From contig OZ241857.1 of assembly GCA_965203315.1 (NCBI GenBank), positions 576,001 to 640,000 on the forward strand: DNA of 64,000 nt, read 5' to 3'. The translations under genes and the position numbers were made by a program. This DNA comes from Nitrosopumilus sp. (GTDB taxonomy: Archaea > Thermoproteota > Nitrososphaeria > Nitrososphaerales > Nitrosopumilaceae). The notes beneath the pieces were generated by a model. The model was not told the DNA's origin, made no database searches, and saw only the letters and a program-made list of their open reading frames with translations. How positions within the stretch are numbered: the stretch's first letter is position 1; every line of letters begins with the position of its first letter. Below, piece after piece: positions 19,981 through 30,433 of the stretch.

Positions 19981-21439
19981 GCTCTGTTCAATGAATATTT
20001 TTGCAATATGATGGTTTAGTGGTGGTTTAGATGAAAACACATCAGATGTGCAATTCGGAATCAATTTCTCATTAAAATTAAAGCTTGTTGTACTGAAATG
20101 TTGTTTTTTACTACAAAATGAACAAGATTCTGACAATCAAAAGTTAGAAATCATTAAAAAAATCAAAGGTTTGCAAGTATTTGTTTTTTAATTATTCGCA
20201 AGTTATGTGCGGCAACCCTAAATAACAATTCTTGAACCATATGTTCCCACAATATCGATTTTAGACCTTCGCCAAACAGACGCTTCATTGTAGAAAATAC
20301 ACCCTCCGATGCAGAGCGTTCACCATAACCGTTTTTTCTCCCCCATCTTGCTTGATTTTTTAATCTATCTTTTTTTGTGATCTTTGTTACATCTTTGCAT
20401 TTTGAGCCAAAAGTTAACTGAATCTGAGCAGTTTTGCTTCTAACAGTTTCAAGATATGTTTTGGCAGTGTATCTTATTGGAATTATTGGTTTAATCCCAC
20501 GCTTTTTACAGTACTCGAAGATTTCAACTGTGTCGTAGCCTTTATCAGCTAGAATTTTAACCTCTATGTCATTAATATTACAACATTTTTGGAGCATACC
20601 GATCGCAAATTCAACGAGTTCAATAAATTGAGATGAATCTGCTTCAGAATCGGTTGTAATGGTACATCCTAGTATTGCCTTTGTTTTTACGTCTATGATT
20701 GGGTGTAATTTAACAAATCCTTTCTTCTTTACTTTGTCCTTTTCTTTCTCGAACCTAAACTCGATCCATCTACCGCCTGCGTGTTGTGTAAATCCAGAGG
20801 CATCCAGGGAAAGAATGACTTCTTTAAAATGATCTGCAACTGCGATATCATTTAAAATGTCTACCTCCTTGTCATTTATTCTAGTAAATAATGTAGTATA
20901 AGCTGGTATATCGAAATCAGGAAAAAATCGTTTTAATTCGTCTTCTAATTCTCTATATGATAATCCTCGCTTAGCTCTTATCATTGCAGCACATCTCAAA
21001 AAAGATTCCGAATAGGCGTATTGACCGCCACGTTTCTTTACGTTCATCTTTTTTAATTCTTTCCTAAACAGTTCTGCAAATTCCTCAGTATCGATTACTC
21101 CAAATTCAAATAATAACAAAACATATCTGACCGTTGAACCTTTACTAAGTTGCTTTGCTATTCTTCTTATTTTATTTCTTTCTTTATTTTGAACTTTTTT
21201 ATCTTTTAAAATTTTGAATGTTGACTTGTTTTTACGTTTCAATATCTTGTAGAAAATAGATACCCTATATAGATCTTTTCATTTAATTTTAAAATTACGT
21301 CACAAAAAACGAAATCATAATTAAAAGCAAACTAACGTGCAATTTAATTTCATAATCTCTAATCAGCTCCGAATTTGACGCAGTTGAGTATTAACTAATG
21401 AGAAATTTTGCAGTTTTGTGCCTATTCATTGAACAGAGC
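19981..21439 (-). mobile_element. IS5-family (IS903-like) insertion sequence
   Basis: Perfect 17-bp TIR GCTCTGTTCAATGAATA; ATTTGTGGA repeated at 19972-19980 and 21441-21449 (8-9 bp target duplication). Confidence 0.9.
20163..21242 (-). CDS. IS5-family DDE transposase
   Basis: LDASG, KLH, ADKGYD, YGERSASEGVFSTMKRLFGE. Confidence 0.92.
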   Translation of the reverse strand: MKRKNKSTFKILKDKKVQNKERNKIRRIAKQLSKGSTVRYVLLLFEFGVIDTEEFAELFRKELKKMNVKKRGGQYAYSESFLRCAAMIRAKRGLSYRELEDELKRFFPDFDIPAYTTLFTRINDKEVDILNDIAVADHFKEVILSLDASGFTQHAGGRWIEFRFEKEKDKVKKKGFVKLHPIIDVKTKAILGCTITTDSEADSSQFIELVEFAIGMLQKCCNINDIEVKILADKGYDTVEIFEYCKKRGIKPIIPIRYTAKTYLETVRSKTAQIQLTFGSKCKDVTKITKKDRLKNQARWGRKNGYGERSASEGVFSTMKRLFGEGLKSILWEHMVQELLFRVAAHNLRIIKKQILANL

Positions 21440-21585
21440 AATTTGTGGACATCATATACCTAACAGACTATTTTAATAGTACATAATGTCACACATACAA
21501 ACGATAACACATTTAGCGATCATAGAATATTCATTTAAGATTATATCGATATTAGAGATATTCAATCACCATTGATGGAATTTCG

Positions 21586-24500
21586 CTACACACCAAATAC
21601 GGCAAGTATCTTTGATACTAATATGGCATCGTTTCCATCTTTACCATAACATATCTCTGTATCTCCTGTTAACTGGTTTGTGGTATCATCAAAGTTTGCA
21701 TCTGTACATTTTTGGATATCATTTGTACTGGTACCGTCATAATAAAATGGTGCGGTACCATTCATACCCACAAATCTCACATACACCTCTTTACTTAGAG
21801 TGAGTTTATCATCTAGTGTGATGCTCGGTGAACCACCACACCTATTGCCCTCTGTAGACGGTCTAAAGGATATATTCAATGTGTTTGTATGTTGTTTAGA
21901 GACTTTTGCACTAGTACCAACTACTAGATCTCCCACATAACAATATTGACCACCTTGTGCGGTGAATTGTTTATTTGTTATCCATGTATCACGGAATATG
22001 GTAATGTATGCTTTATCGTTAACACGGTATGCAGTACCTTCATTTTGGTAAATAGTATCTATTCTTATTCTGTCGCTTATGCCATGGTAAAGATCGATTG
22101 TTTTACCGGTATTATCAAATTCACTAGATTTTGGTACAGTTATTGATATTGTTGGTACGATTGGTGCAGGCGAGAGTTTTGGCGTCAAGTCTTGTGTTGT
22201 AACTCCAAATATTGCTAGTATCTTGGACACTAGTATTGTATCGTTTCCATCTTTACCATAACATGTCTCTGTATCTCCTATTAATTGAGATGTGACATTG
22301 TTAAAGTTCGCACTAGAACATTTTAGTATCTCTGTTGTATCAGATCCATTATAATAAAATGGCACCTGACCATTAGTGCCTACAAACCTCACATATGCCT
22401 CTTTGCCTAGTACTAGTTTACCAGCAAGATCAATACTCGGTGAACCACCACATCTATTACCCTCTGTGGATTGTCTAAATTTAAGATTCAATGTGTTTGT
22501 ATGTTGAATAGATATATCTGCATCTTGACCGACAAGCAAATCAGCTACATAACAGTACTGTCCACCACTGGCTGTAAACTGTTTATTTGTGATCCACGTG
22601 TCGCGGAACATCGTAATGTATGCGTTATCGTTAATATGATATGCCGTACCACCGTCCGAGTACGCTGTGTCTATTCGTAATCTGTCGCTTATACCGTGAT
22701 ACAGATCGATTGTTCTACCAGTAGTGTCATATTCCATGGATTGAGGTATGGTTATCTGTATAGTCTCTGCTTGCGTGGTGTTTTGTACTGGTGGTTGTGG
22801 AGGTGGTTGTTGTGGAGGTGCGTCAGGTACACATTGATCACCCACAAGTCTCGTACCTTGTTCACATTGTGGAGGAGGTGGTTCAGGATCAGGTATAACA
22901 GACTGTACAATAGGTGGAGAGGGATTAACATATTTTATTGAATCTCTATACACACCCAATAGTTTTCCTTCTTGCTTGTTTGTGCCATATATTATAACAT
23001 CATAAACATCATCCGTTTTTAATGGAATGATAAATTTGTAATTATTCTTTATCTTTTCTGTGGTATTACCATGTATAGTATTGTTTGAGTTAGACAAAAC
23101 CCAGTGTAATGTGTTTGGTCTTACTTCTTTGACGGTATTATTTCCAGATTGAAATTTCTGTTTTTCAAATTTGTATGTAACTTCTAATCCCTGAGTCACA
23201 TTTTTAGCTTTTATATTCAAATCAAATATCTTTGCAACTTGTTTTGGCTTGGTCTCACCAAACTCACAAAACACATCTTCATTCAATGTTATGGTGTCAT
23301 CTGAAGGAATGTACACGGTACCAGTTAGACCATCAAGAGTACCAGACACAAATGTGGTCCCATTAACGGCAAAAGGTAATTGTACAGCTATTGAGCCAGA
23401 CTTGTAAAACAGAGGAATCCCATTAGAGTTGTTACTGAATATTTGTGTACTGTTTATTACATTACTGGGCATGAAAAAGAATGATCTTATACCAAGATGA
23501 TCATTATCTGTATTTATCATGTTGTTTGATATCACATTTGTGTATTCAAATTTCTTTGCAGTGCTGGGCAAAGTAGGATTTGACGATACTGCTGTAAATG
23601 TTCCAGAATCATTTTTTATTGTTGTAAATATGGTACCTCCATTAAAATCACCTAGGCTAGAATAAAACACACTCAAGTCACTTGTATTGGACAGTTTTAC
23701 AGATTGCTTAATTGGCGAGTACGTTTGAGTGCAAATCGGTAACATTTTATGTACAATAGCAATTTTTTCATGATCAATATTATTGCCATTTATTGTGTCA
23801 TTGTATACCTCATAGTCTTGAATCGGTAATTGCGTCATGAGATTGACTGTTTGTACAGGGGGTTGTTGTGGTGGTGGCAGAGGTTGTGGTGGTGGGGGTT
23901 GATTTCGTGTTACTTTATGTGATAAATCTTGTGTTGTTATGCCAAACACAGCAAGTATCTTTGAGACCAATATGGTATCGTTTCCATTCTTGCCATAACA
24001 TATTTCAGTATCTCCTATTAACTGGTTTGTGACACCACTCAATCTATTTGTATTATTATCAAAGTTCGCACTAGAACATTTTGGTATCTCTGCTATATTA
24101 GATCCATTATAATAAAATGGTGTTTGGCCATTTGTGCCAACAAACCGTAAATATATTTCTGTGCCTAGTACTAGTTTACCATCAAGATCAATACTCGGTG
24201 AACCACCACATCTATTACCCTCTGTGGATTGTCTAAATTTAAGATTCAATGTGTTTGTATGTTGAATAGATATATCTGCATCTTGACCGACAAGCAAATC
24301 AGCTACATAACAGTACTGTCCACCACTGGCTGTAAACTGTTTATTTGTGATCCATGTATCACGGAACATCGTAATGTATGCGTTATCGTTAATATGATAT
24401 GCTGTACCGCCGTCCGAGTACGCTGTGTCTATTCGTAATCTGTCGCTTATACCGTGATACAGATCGATTGTTCTACCAGTAGTGTCATATTCCATGGATT

Positions 24501-26643
24501 GAGGTATGGTTATCGACATAGTTTGACTGTTATTTTGTGTAGATGATGGCTTAACCAGTGGAGCGTACCTTGTTGATCCAGTATTGTTTACAGGATCAGG
24601 CGCAACAGGTTGTACAGGCTGTTTAACAGATGGTTGTTTAGTGGGCGTTTCCATAGATGTAACAAATGGCACTGTACTTGCAATTGTATAATTTTGTTGC
24701 ATTATTTTTGAACGCATGTTAAGGTGTTCAATGTACGTGGCATGAGTTATGTTAGAATATGTTACAGTCACATCACACTTTCCTTTTGCCAAAGGCTGAA
24801 ATACTACAAATTCACTGGTTTGATGTTTTGAAGTAGCGTCAAGCGTTTGACCACTTGCACATTGTACCTTAAAATTAAGATCTGTGAAAGGGAATATATA
24901 TAATATGTTTGAAGGTTTCTTTATTAGCTCACCTGGTGGATGTACTAGCCAATGAAGGATTATCTTTACTGGTTTTGATGTGTCAGTTATATTGATGGCA
25001 TGTTTTTTTGTAATCGTGTTATTAATATAGTCAGAAATGTATGTGTTTGGTTTATTAACATAGTTAATAGCCTGTTGCGTATTTAATATACCAAACCCCA
25101 CGTTGTTTAATATCTCTAGTGACTGTTCATTATTCGCAATGGTTTTATTGGTGGGCTGTCTTGCAAAAGAACAATTATCTAGAGGGTTACGCTGTTCAAA
25201 CTGTTTAGACGTACATGGTACCGGACCAGTCCAGTTTGCGCCCAACAACAACAATGCTTTTGATTCCGTTGGTGTTAATTGAGGATTTGACTCTAACATT
25301 AATGCCATTGTACCAGATACTAGTGGTGCAGACATGCTTGTACCAGAGTATCTATAATAATATCGTTCATGTATTGGCGAACTGCTTGTTAAAAGATGAA
25401 CTGCCGGTGCAACAATATCTGGTTTCAGTATAGGCGCATTGTTATTAGACGGTCCCCTGCTAGATTCTTCTAACATTTTTAGCGAATTAGGTATACGACC
25501 ATCTATTCCACCAACTGTGATTGCGTTATGAGAGCAACTAATCGCTGTGACGCTGTTATATCGTGGTTTATCATTATAAAGTCCATAATTACCAGCAGAC
25601 GTGACATATATTACTCCTTTTTCAACTAGTTCATCTCCGATTAAATTTATGGTTGATGCTCGCCCTGGATTACATTTTAGTGTAGATGATGCACTAAGAT
25701 TTATTACATCCGCACCTTGTGTATATGCCCAATCTAGTGAATGTGCAAACGAAGATGCACTTCCAATCTTGTATGGTTTTATTTTACTACCATTATTGTA
25801 CTCTACAAACCATAACGCATCTAATAATGTGACCCCTGGTGCGATCCCATTGTTTCTGGACATTCCAGTGGCGGCTAACGGTTGAGCTACAATTGTTCCA
25901 TGAGTAACACCACGAGTACCATTCAATTTACCAAGATCATATGTCACTGTGCCTTGAAGCAATCCATTTTGTATAGTGCAGTTTCCAGAGGGACAATAAA
26001 TTCTCTTTGTCACTTTGTCATTAAGATATATGCTGTTTATGCCAGAATCAACAACAGCTACAGTTACACCCTTGCCTGTGACTTTTGTACCACCATATAA
26101 CGGAATATCTCGAGTCGTTCCTTTAACAATCTTCTTGGCGGCATCTACATTTATTTCAATTTCTTCTTGACCATCGCCGATTTGATACACAATATTGTGT
26201 GTAGCAAGATAAGAGATCGCAGTAATAGGAACATTGGCCGTAATAAAAGACAGAGATTTTGCAACAATGATATCCTTGGCACCAATCTCTTTCAGTATGG
26301 CTACAATCTTTTCTTTGTTTTGTGTCGTGTCTTCAGAAATAGAATCCTGGTCATGTCGTGTGACGTATATTATGACATTGTAAAACTCGTCTAATAAAAG
26401 TGCCACAGTACCATTGCTACTCGGTACACCCGTTATCTCATCATTTATAATCTCTTGAATTTTGTCATAAAACCCAGGATCAAACCTTTCTGAAATATCT
26501 ATGTCCGCATGTACTTGATCAATAGACAGAAACAGCGCTAGTGAAACTATTGCCAACAAACTTGCTGGCAGAGGGAGAGAGAGGAACGTACGAGACCTCA
26601 TGTAAAACCTCAACCAAATGTCATATATAAATCGGTTCTTCAA
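21586..26643 (-). CDS. secreted S8 (subtilisin-like) serine protease with three copies of a ~180-aa C-terminal repeat domain
   Basis: VAVVDSG, THGTIVA, SAGN, KPDIVAP, SGTSMSAP; Pro/Gln linkers; probable start at MRSRT (26601). Confidence 0.9.
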   Translation of the reverse strand: MKNRFIYDIWLRFYMRSRTFLSLPLPASLLAIVSLALFLSIDQVHADIDISERFDPGFYDKIQEIINDEITGVPSSNGTVALLLDEFYNVIIYVTRHDQDSISEDTTQNKEKIVAILKEIGAKDIIVAKSLSFITANVPITAISYLATHNIVYQIGDGQEEIEINVDAAKKIVKGTTRDIPLYGGTKVTGKGVTVAVVDSGINSIYLNDKVTKRIYCPSGNCTIQNGLLQGTVTYDLGKLNGTRGVTHGTIVAQPLAATGMSRNNGIAPGVTLLDALWFVEYNNGSKIKPYKIGSASSFAHSLDWAYTQGADVINLSASSTLKCNPGRASTINLIGDELVEKGVIYVTSAGNYGLYNDKPRYNSVTAISCSHNAITVGGIDGRIPNSLKMLEESSRGPSNNNAPILKPDIVAPAVHLLTSSSPIHERYYYRYSGTSMSAPLVSGTMALMLESNPQLTPTESKALLLLGANWTGPVPCTSKQFEQRNPLDNCSFARQPTNKTIANNEQSLEILNNVGFGILNTQQAINYVNKPNTYISDYINNTITKKHAINITDTSKPVKIILHWLVHPPGELIKKPSNILYIFPFTDLNFKVQCASGQTLDATSKHQTSEFVVFQPLAKGKCDVTVTYSNITHATYIEHLNMRSKIMQQNYTIASTVPFVTSMETPTKQPSVKQPVQPVAPDPVNNTGSTRYAPLVKPSSTQNNSQTMSITIPQSMEYDTTGRTIDLYHGISDRLRIDTAYSDGGTAYHINDNAYITMFRDTWITNKQFTASGGQYCYVADLLVGQDADISIQHTNTLNLKFRQSTEGNRCGGSPSIDLDGKLVLGTEIYLRFVGTNGQTPFYYNGSNIAEIPKCSSANFDNNTNRLSGVTNQLIGDTEICYGKNGNDTILVSKILAVFGITTQDLSHKVTRNQPPPPQPLPPPQQPPVQTVNLMTQLPIQDYEVYNDTINGNNIDHEKIAIVHKMLPICTQTYSPIKQSVKLSNTSDLSVFYSSLGDFNGGTIFTTIKNDSGTFTAVSSNPTLPSTAKKFEYTNVISNNMINTDNDHLGIRSFFFMPSNVINSTQIFSNNSNGIPLFYKSGSIAVQLPFAVNGTTFVSGTLDGLTGTVYIPSDDTITLNEDVFCEFGETKPKQVAKIFDLNIKAKNVTQGLEVTYKFEKQKFQSGNNTVKEVRPNTLHWVLSNSNNTIHGNTTEKIKNNYKFIIPLKTDDVYDVIIYGTNKQEGKLLGVYRDSIKYVNPSPPIVQSVIPDPEPPPPQCEQGTRLVGDQCVPDAPPQQPPPQPPVQNTTQAETIQITIPQSMEYDTTGRTIDLYHGISDRLRIDTAYSDGGTAYHINDNAYITMFRDTWITNKQFTASGGQYCYVADLLVGQDADISIQHTNTLNLKFRQSTEGNRCGGSPSIDLAGKLVLGKEAYVRFVGTNGQVPFYYNGSDTTEILKCSSANFNNVTSQLIGDTETCYGKDGNDTILVSKILAIFGVTTQDLTPKLSPAPIVPTISITVPKSSEFDNTGKTIDLYHGISDRIRIDTIYQNEGTAYRVNDKAYITIFRDTWITNKQFTAQGGQYCYVGDLVVGTSAKVSKQHTNTLNISFRPSTEGNRCGGSPSITLDDKLTLSKEVYVRFVGMNGTAPFYYDGTSTNDIQKCTDANFDDTTNQLTGDTEICYGKDGNDAILVSKILAVFGV
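21589..24520 (-). repeat. three intragenic copies (~21589-22150, 22200-22760, 23940-24520) of an unknown Cys-containing domain; fourth copy at 52334-52890
   Basis: EYDTTGRTIDLYHG...YCYVADLLVG...RCGGSP...ICYGKDGND.ILVSKILA.FG; the copies at 22200 and 23940 are near-identical at nucleotide level over >300 bp. Confidence 0.9.
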
Positions 26644-26764
26644 GATCTCTTTGGTTTACATGGGAGGGTATTTTACAGGTAAATTATTGCAAGACTTGCT
26701 AGACGGCAAAAGTCGTTTGGACCATCTAATATTTACATAAAACTATGTACGCATAATCTTATAC

Positions 26765-26850
26765 TCACCATCTTAGAAAGTCCTCTACCAGACCATCAAT
26801 CACAAAGAATACATCCCAGCCTACAGGCATCATAAATGATGTTCCGAATA
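26765..26850 (-). pseudogene. diverged duplicate of the 3' end of the TadC/FlaJ-like gene (30434..30520)
   Basis: Translates TSFMMPVGWDVFFVIDGLVEDFLRW* vs ISFVILAGWEVFFDIINGLVDDFLG*. Confidence 0.75.
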
Positions 26851-26910
26851 TGACAATTTTGATCAAATCTTCAAATTTAGTCAAATTTATTCAAATATTA
26901 TTATGTATGT

Positions 26911-27852
26911 TCACCGCTTCAATCTATTGATGTTTAACTCATAATTGTTATACATGCTAGTTTTTACAGGTATCTCTTTTTCAGCATTTATTTGAATATC
27001 TTTGTCTCTCAAAGTATGCGGTGTCTTTCCATATGATGATTTAAGAAAGGATGTGTTGGTTTGCCCAATTTTGTTATACGTGTATACGTATCCATTCGTA
27101 TCATATGGATTGATCTCTTTTAGTTTCTCTTTTGTTATTGTACAATAGATATCCGCGATATCCATACCAATATATTTTCTAGCTAGTCTCTTAGCTGCCA
27201 ATACTGTTGTACCAGCTCCCATCATTGGATCAAGTATGATATCGCCTTCATCAGTGCACATCATTATCAGTCTCTCTAGTAGCTGTTCTGGAAGTTGACA
27301 TGGGTGAGCATCACGCCGTTTATTATGTCTAATACGATGTATGTCTGTCCACACGTCACTGAGTAAAGTACCGAAGGGATGCATCAGATATTTTTTACCC
27401 CCATAGTCCTTGTTTACTTCATTACAATTGACACACCTCTTGTGTGGAATACGACAGTCATAAAACTTGAAAGCATCTGATTTTGTGTAATACAGTATAC
27501 CATAATGACTAGGTAACAGAGTCTTACCAAGAGGGCTACCCATCGCGTCCCAAGATATCCAGTGTCTAAATTTCATATTCCTTGTATTGAGATGATTGCC
27601 TAATGGAATAAGCCATCTTGGTATATTATGAATGAATAACGTTCCCGACGGCTTTAAAAGACGAATACATTCATCAAGCCAATCAAAGCACCACTGAAGA
27701 TAATCCGATTCTGTGTGATCGTCTTTGTTATTTTTGTATCTCTTATTTAGATTGAATGGAGGATCAACAAATATCATATCTATTGATTCTGATTTTATCT
27801 TTTTCATTAGTGGTATCGCATCGCCATTGAAGATTTTATTTTTGATAGTCAT
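26911..27852 (-). CDS. beta-class amino DNA methyltransferase
   Basis: VDPPFN, HPCQLP, LDPMMGAGTT. Confidence 0.92.
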   Translation of the reverse strand: MTIKNKIFNGDAIPLMKKIKSESIDMIFVDPPFNLNKRYKNNKDDHTESDYLQWCFDWLDECIRLLKPSGTLFIHNIPRWLIPLGNHLNTRNMKFRHWISWDAMGSPLGKTLLPSHYGILYYTKSDAFKFYDCRIPHKRCVNCNEVNKDYGGKKYLMHPFGTLLSDVWTDIHRIRHNKRRDAHPCQLPEQLLERLIMMCTDEGDIILDPMMGAGTTVLAAKRLARKYIGMDIADIYCTITKEKLKEINPYDTNGYVYTYNKIGQTNTSFLKSSYGKTPHTLRDKDIQINAEKEIPVKTSMYNNYELNINRLKR

Positions 27853-28236
27853 TGCACATCTCCATACTTTTCTAAAATTAACTTTTCAAATTCTTTGAGT
27901 TGAGTATTATGAAAAGTGAATACATAATCAAATGCACCAACAAGACGTTTTAGATCACCTTTTCTGGAAAGCCAACCTGCACCATCAATAAACCCTATAA
28001 ACATACAATTAGGGTAATGTTTCTTGATTTGATTATTTACATTTATTTCATGTTTAGCTTTATCACCCATTGACGATGATGTTGTTGTTTGGTATGACAC
28101 CTCAATTAGTATCTGTGGATCTGTATTGTTTGGTATTGCAAAATCCATTTTCCTATAGTGACATGACGAATTAATTTCACTATTATGTCCCTTAAAACAC
28201 TAAAATTCACGCATTGACACAATTTTTAGTGATATC

Positions 28237-28479
28237 TTGAGTACAAAACACAAAAATCTTCTTCTAGCTCTTAAAAATAAAAAGTACGCGCACATACGAA
28301 CTAGAATCTTTGGTGTAAAGATGGTTCTAATTGATAAAAACACAATATCACGTACAGCAAGGCATGTTGGCAGGACGGAACGTACCGTGTATAATTGGCT
28401 AAGACGATACAAGCGAGAAGGAATTGCAGGACTAGAAGACAAACCAGGTAGAGGAAGAAAGCCACTAACACGAGTTTGA
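28237..28479 (+). CDS. stand-alone HTH protein paralogous to the IS630 transposase N-terminus
   Basis: TARHVGRTERTVYNWLRRY...GLEDKPGRGRKP vs transposase AAKSVGVTERTVYNWLNLF...GLEDKGGRGRKP. Confidence 0.65.
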   Translation: MSTKHKNLLLALKNKKYAHIRTRIFGVKMVLIDKNTISRTARHVGRTERTVYNWLRRYKREGIAGLEDKPGRGRKPLTRV

Positions 28480-28483
28480 CGTA

Positions 28484-29530
28484 TTATGCAACGATCTCTC
28501 TTTTTATGAATGCCAAAAGATCGAGCGTATGTCGTGTCTTTTTTAGATAGTCACGCACAGCAGCTTCCATCTCTTCAACTGTCTCATAGTATACTCCAAC
28601 TTTGATCTCTCGTTTGAGCTGATGCCAATACTCTTCGATTGGATTGAACTCGGGTATTGCTCTTGGCAGATAGACGAGTTTGATATCCTTGCCCTTGATG
28701 AACTCTTCAACATCTTCTCCTTTGTGCGTCTTGGGACCATCGAGCAGCAGTATCACTTTTTTGAAGCGTTTGTACAGGTTTTTCAGAAACTCCAAGAAAC
28801 AGGCCTTGTTTGTACTCTCTACTATCTCAAAGTATTGCACTCTACCTTGACCTATTGCCCCCATTACGATCACTTTATCACGTGACCCCTTTGAGGTAGC
28901 ATATACAGGCCTGCCTATTTTGGTCCAGAATTTAGCACCGTTCTTGGTTTCTAACGTCAAGATTGTCTCGTCCATTGCAAACAGTTTCCAACCTTTCTTC
29001 TTGAGATGTCCATACATGGACAGTACCCTTTTACGGAATGCTTTGATCTCTGGAGGTTTAGCTCGATTTCTGTATGCCGTTTGTGAACGTTTCCTTGACC
29101 ACCCTAACTTTTTCATCCTCTTTCTTATCGTATCAAAGTGTTGTTTCACACCCGTCTCGTCTAAAAGTAACTTGTACATGTCTCTAGGTGTTGTTCTTTC
29201 TTGAGTGTCTAGTATTTGCTCATATGTTTCGTCAGGTATCTTGGGTTTTCTTCCACGACCACCCTTGTCTTCCAGCCCAAAAAGAGCCTTTTCGCTAAAC
29301 AGATTGAGCCAATTGTATACTGTACGTTCTGTTACTCCAACAGATTTTGCAGCAAGTGCTACTGTACAGCCATCGACTATGATCATCTTGAGAGCTATGA
29401 CTTTGTGTCGTATGTGTTGGTGTTTTCTTTTCTTAAGACCCTTCTTGAGTATTTTTCTCTGTGATCCAGACCATCGTCTGGGCGATTTAGATGTCTTTGA
29501 AGTATTGACAGATCTCTTTTTTGATGCCAT
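28484..29530 (-). CDS. IS630-family transposase
   Basis: AMDET, LLDGPKTH, PEFNPIEEYWHQLK. Confidence 0.93.
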   Translation of the reverse strand: MASKKRSVNTSKTSKSPRRWSGSQRKILKKGLKKRKHQHIRHKVIALKMIIVDGCTVALAAKSVGVTERTVYNWLNLFSEKALFGLEDKGGRGRKPKIPDETYEQILDTQERTTPRDMYKLLLDETGVKQHFDTIRKRMKKLGWSRKRSQTAYRNRAKPPEIKAFRKRVLSMYGHLKKKGWKLFAMDETILTLETKNGAKFWTKIGRPVYATSKGSRDKVIVMGAIGQGRVQYFEIVESTNKACFLEFLKNLYKRFKKVILLLDGPKTHKGEDVEEFIKGKDIKLVYLPRAIPEFNPIEEYWHQLKREIKVGVYYETVEEMEAAVRDYLKKTRHTLDLLAFIKREIVA

Positions 29531-30433
29531 TGTAATGTCTAGAACACATTAATTCATAACTTATGATGTCAAAAATAGTTGATACTGAAATTAATTTATC
29601 TTGTCACTATAGATATATCTAAAACTTTTACTTCCTGTTGTGAATGAATTTTATGTTTATTTAAGATTTCTAGAATTTTTTTCAGATGCATTATTTTGGG
29701 TCTTAGCTTTTGAACTACCTTTTATCTTGTAACGTATTATAGTATCTAGTAAGGATTCTAACGAAAAACTAGCTTTAGTTTGATCTAGCTTATTTAATTC
29801 AAAACTAGACATCGTTTTCAAAAGTAGTTGACTTTTTCCGCCATTGAAAAGCAAGTTTATTATTCCTCTAGCCATAATATCATCATGTGTGATGCATTTT
29901 TAAACTATGTTATATTTATCAGTCTTTTTCTCCCACTTGTCAATATGTAGTAAGTTGGATAATTCTATGTCTTTTGAATCAATGGTAAATTTTAAAATCC
30001 TTTCAAGAGTCTCCTTCGATAATCCCATCAATGCCAAAATACACAGCAATCCATGCTCTTTTTGAACATACTCGACAAAGACTTTATATTGAACATGCTG
30101 CATCTTTTCTTGAATTTGATTATGCATATCAATCAGTAAGGATGAAATATTTTTTATATATTCTTCAAAGTTTGCATCAAAATTAGCCATATTGAGAAAA
30201 TACGTGTTCTTTTCCAAGATCGTCTGTGCTTTTCTATCGTTGGCGTCCATGTTTGCAATATCCTACTTTTGGTTGTTTAAACCTTACACTATACGCAAAG
30301 CGATCATCCATGTGAAATGTGTGATATAAATCACGAATCTATGGCTCGATAAACTGCGTTATAATGGGGCAAAGTTCTTGTCATGCATTTGATGATCTAA
30401 ATCAAATAGTACAAGATCGTATGTTATATCACA

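Larger units (their letters stand above)
28156..29609 (-). mobile_element. IS630-family insertion sequence
   Basis: TIRs TAGTGACATGACGAATTAATTTCA / TGAAATTAATTTATCTTGTCACTA; TA duplicated (28154-55, 29610-11) in a CTAG target. Confidence 0.92.
27849..30250 (-). pseudogene. DpnII-like Type II restriction endonuclease destroyed by nonsense codon, frameshift and IS630 insertion
   Basis: TAA at 29900-29902 in frame with the next segment; extra base in T7 tract 29676-29682; removing the IS restores VLDISRKMDFAIP...IEVSYQTTTSS...FIDGAGW. Confidence 0.8.

Noticed and set aside
21589-24520. Near-identical repeats as DGR template/variable regions
   Set aside because: No reverse transcriptase recognised; all copies are in-frame coding domains and the differences are not adenine-specific
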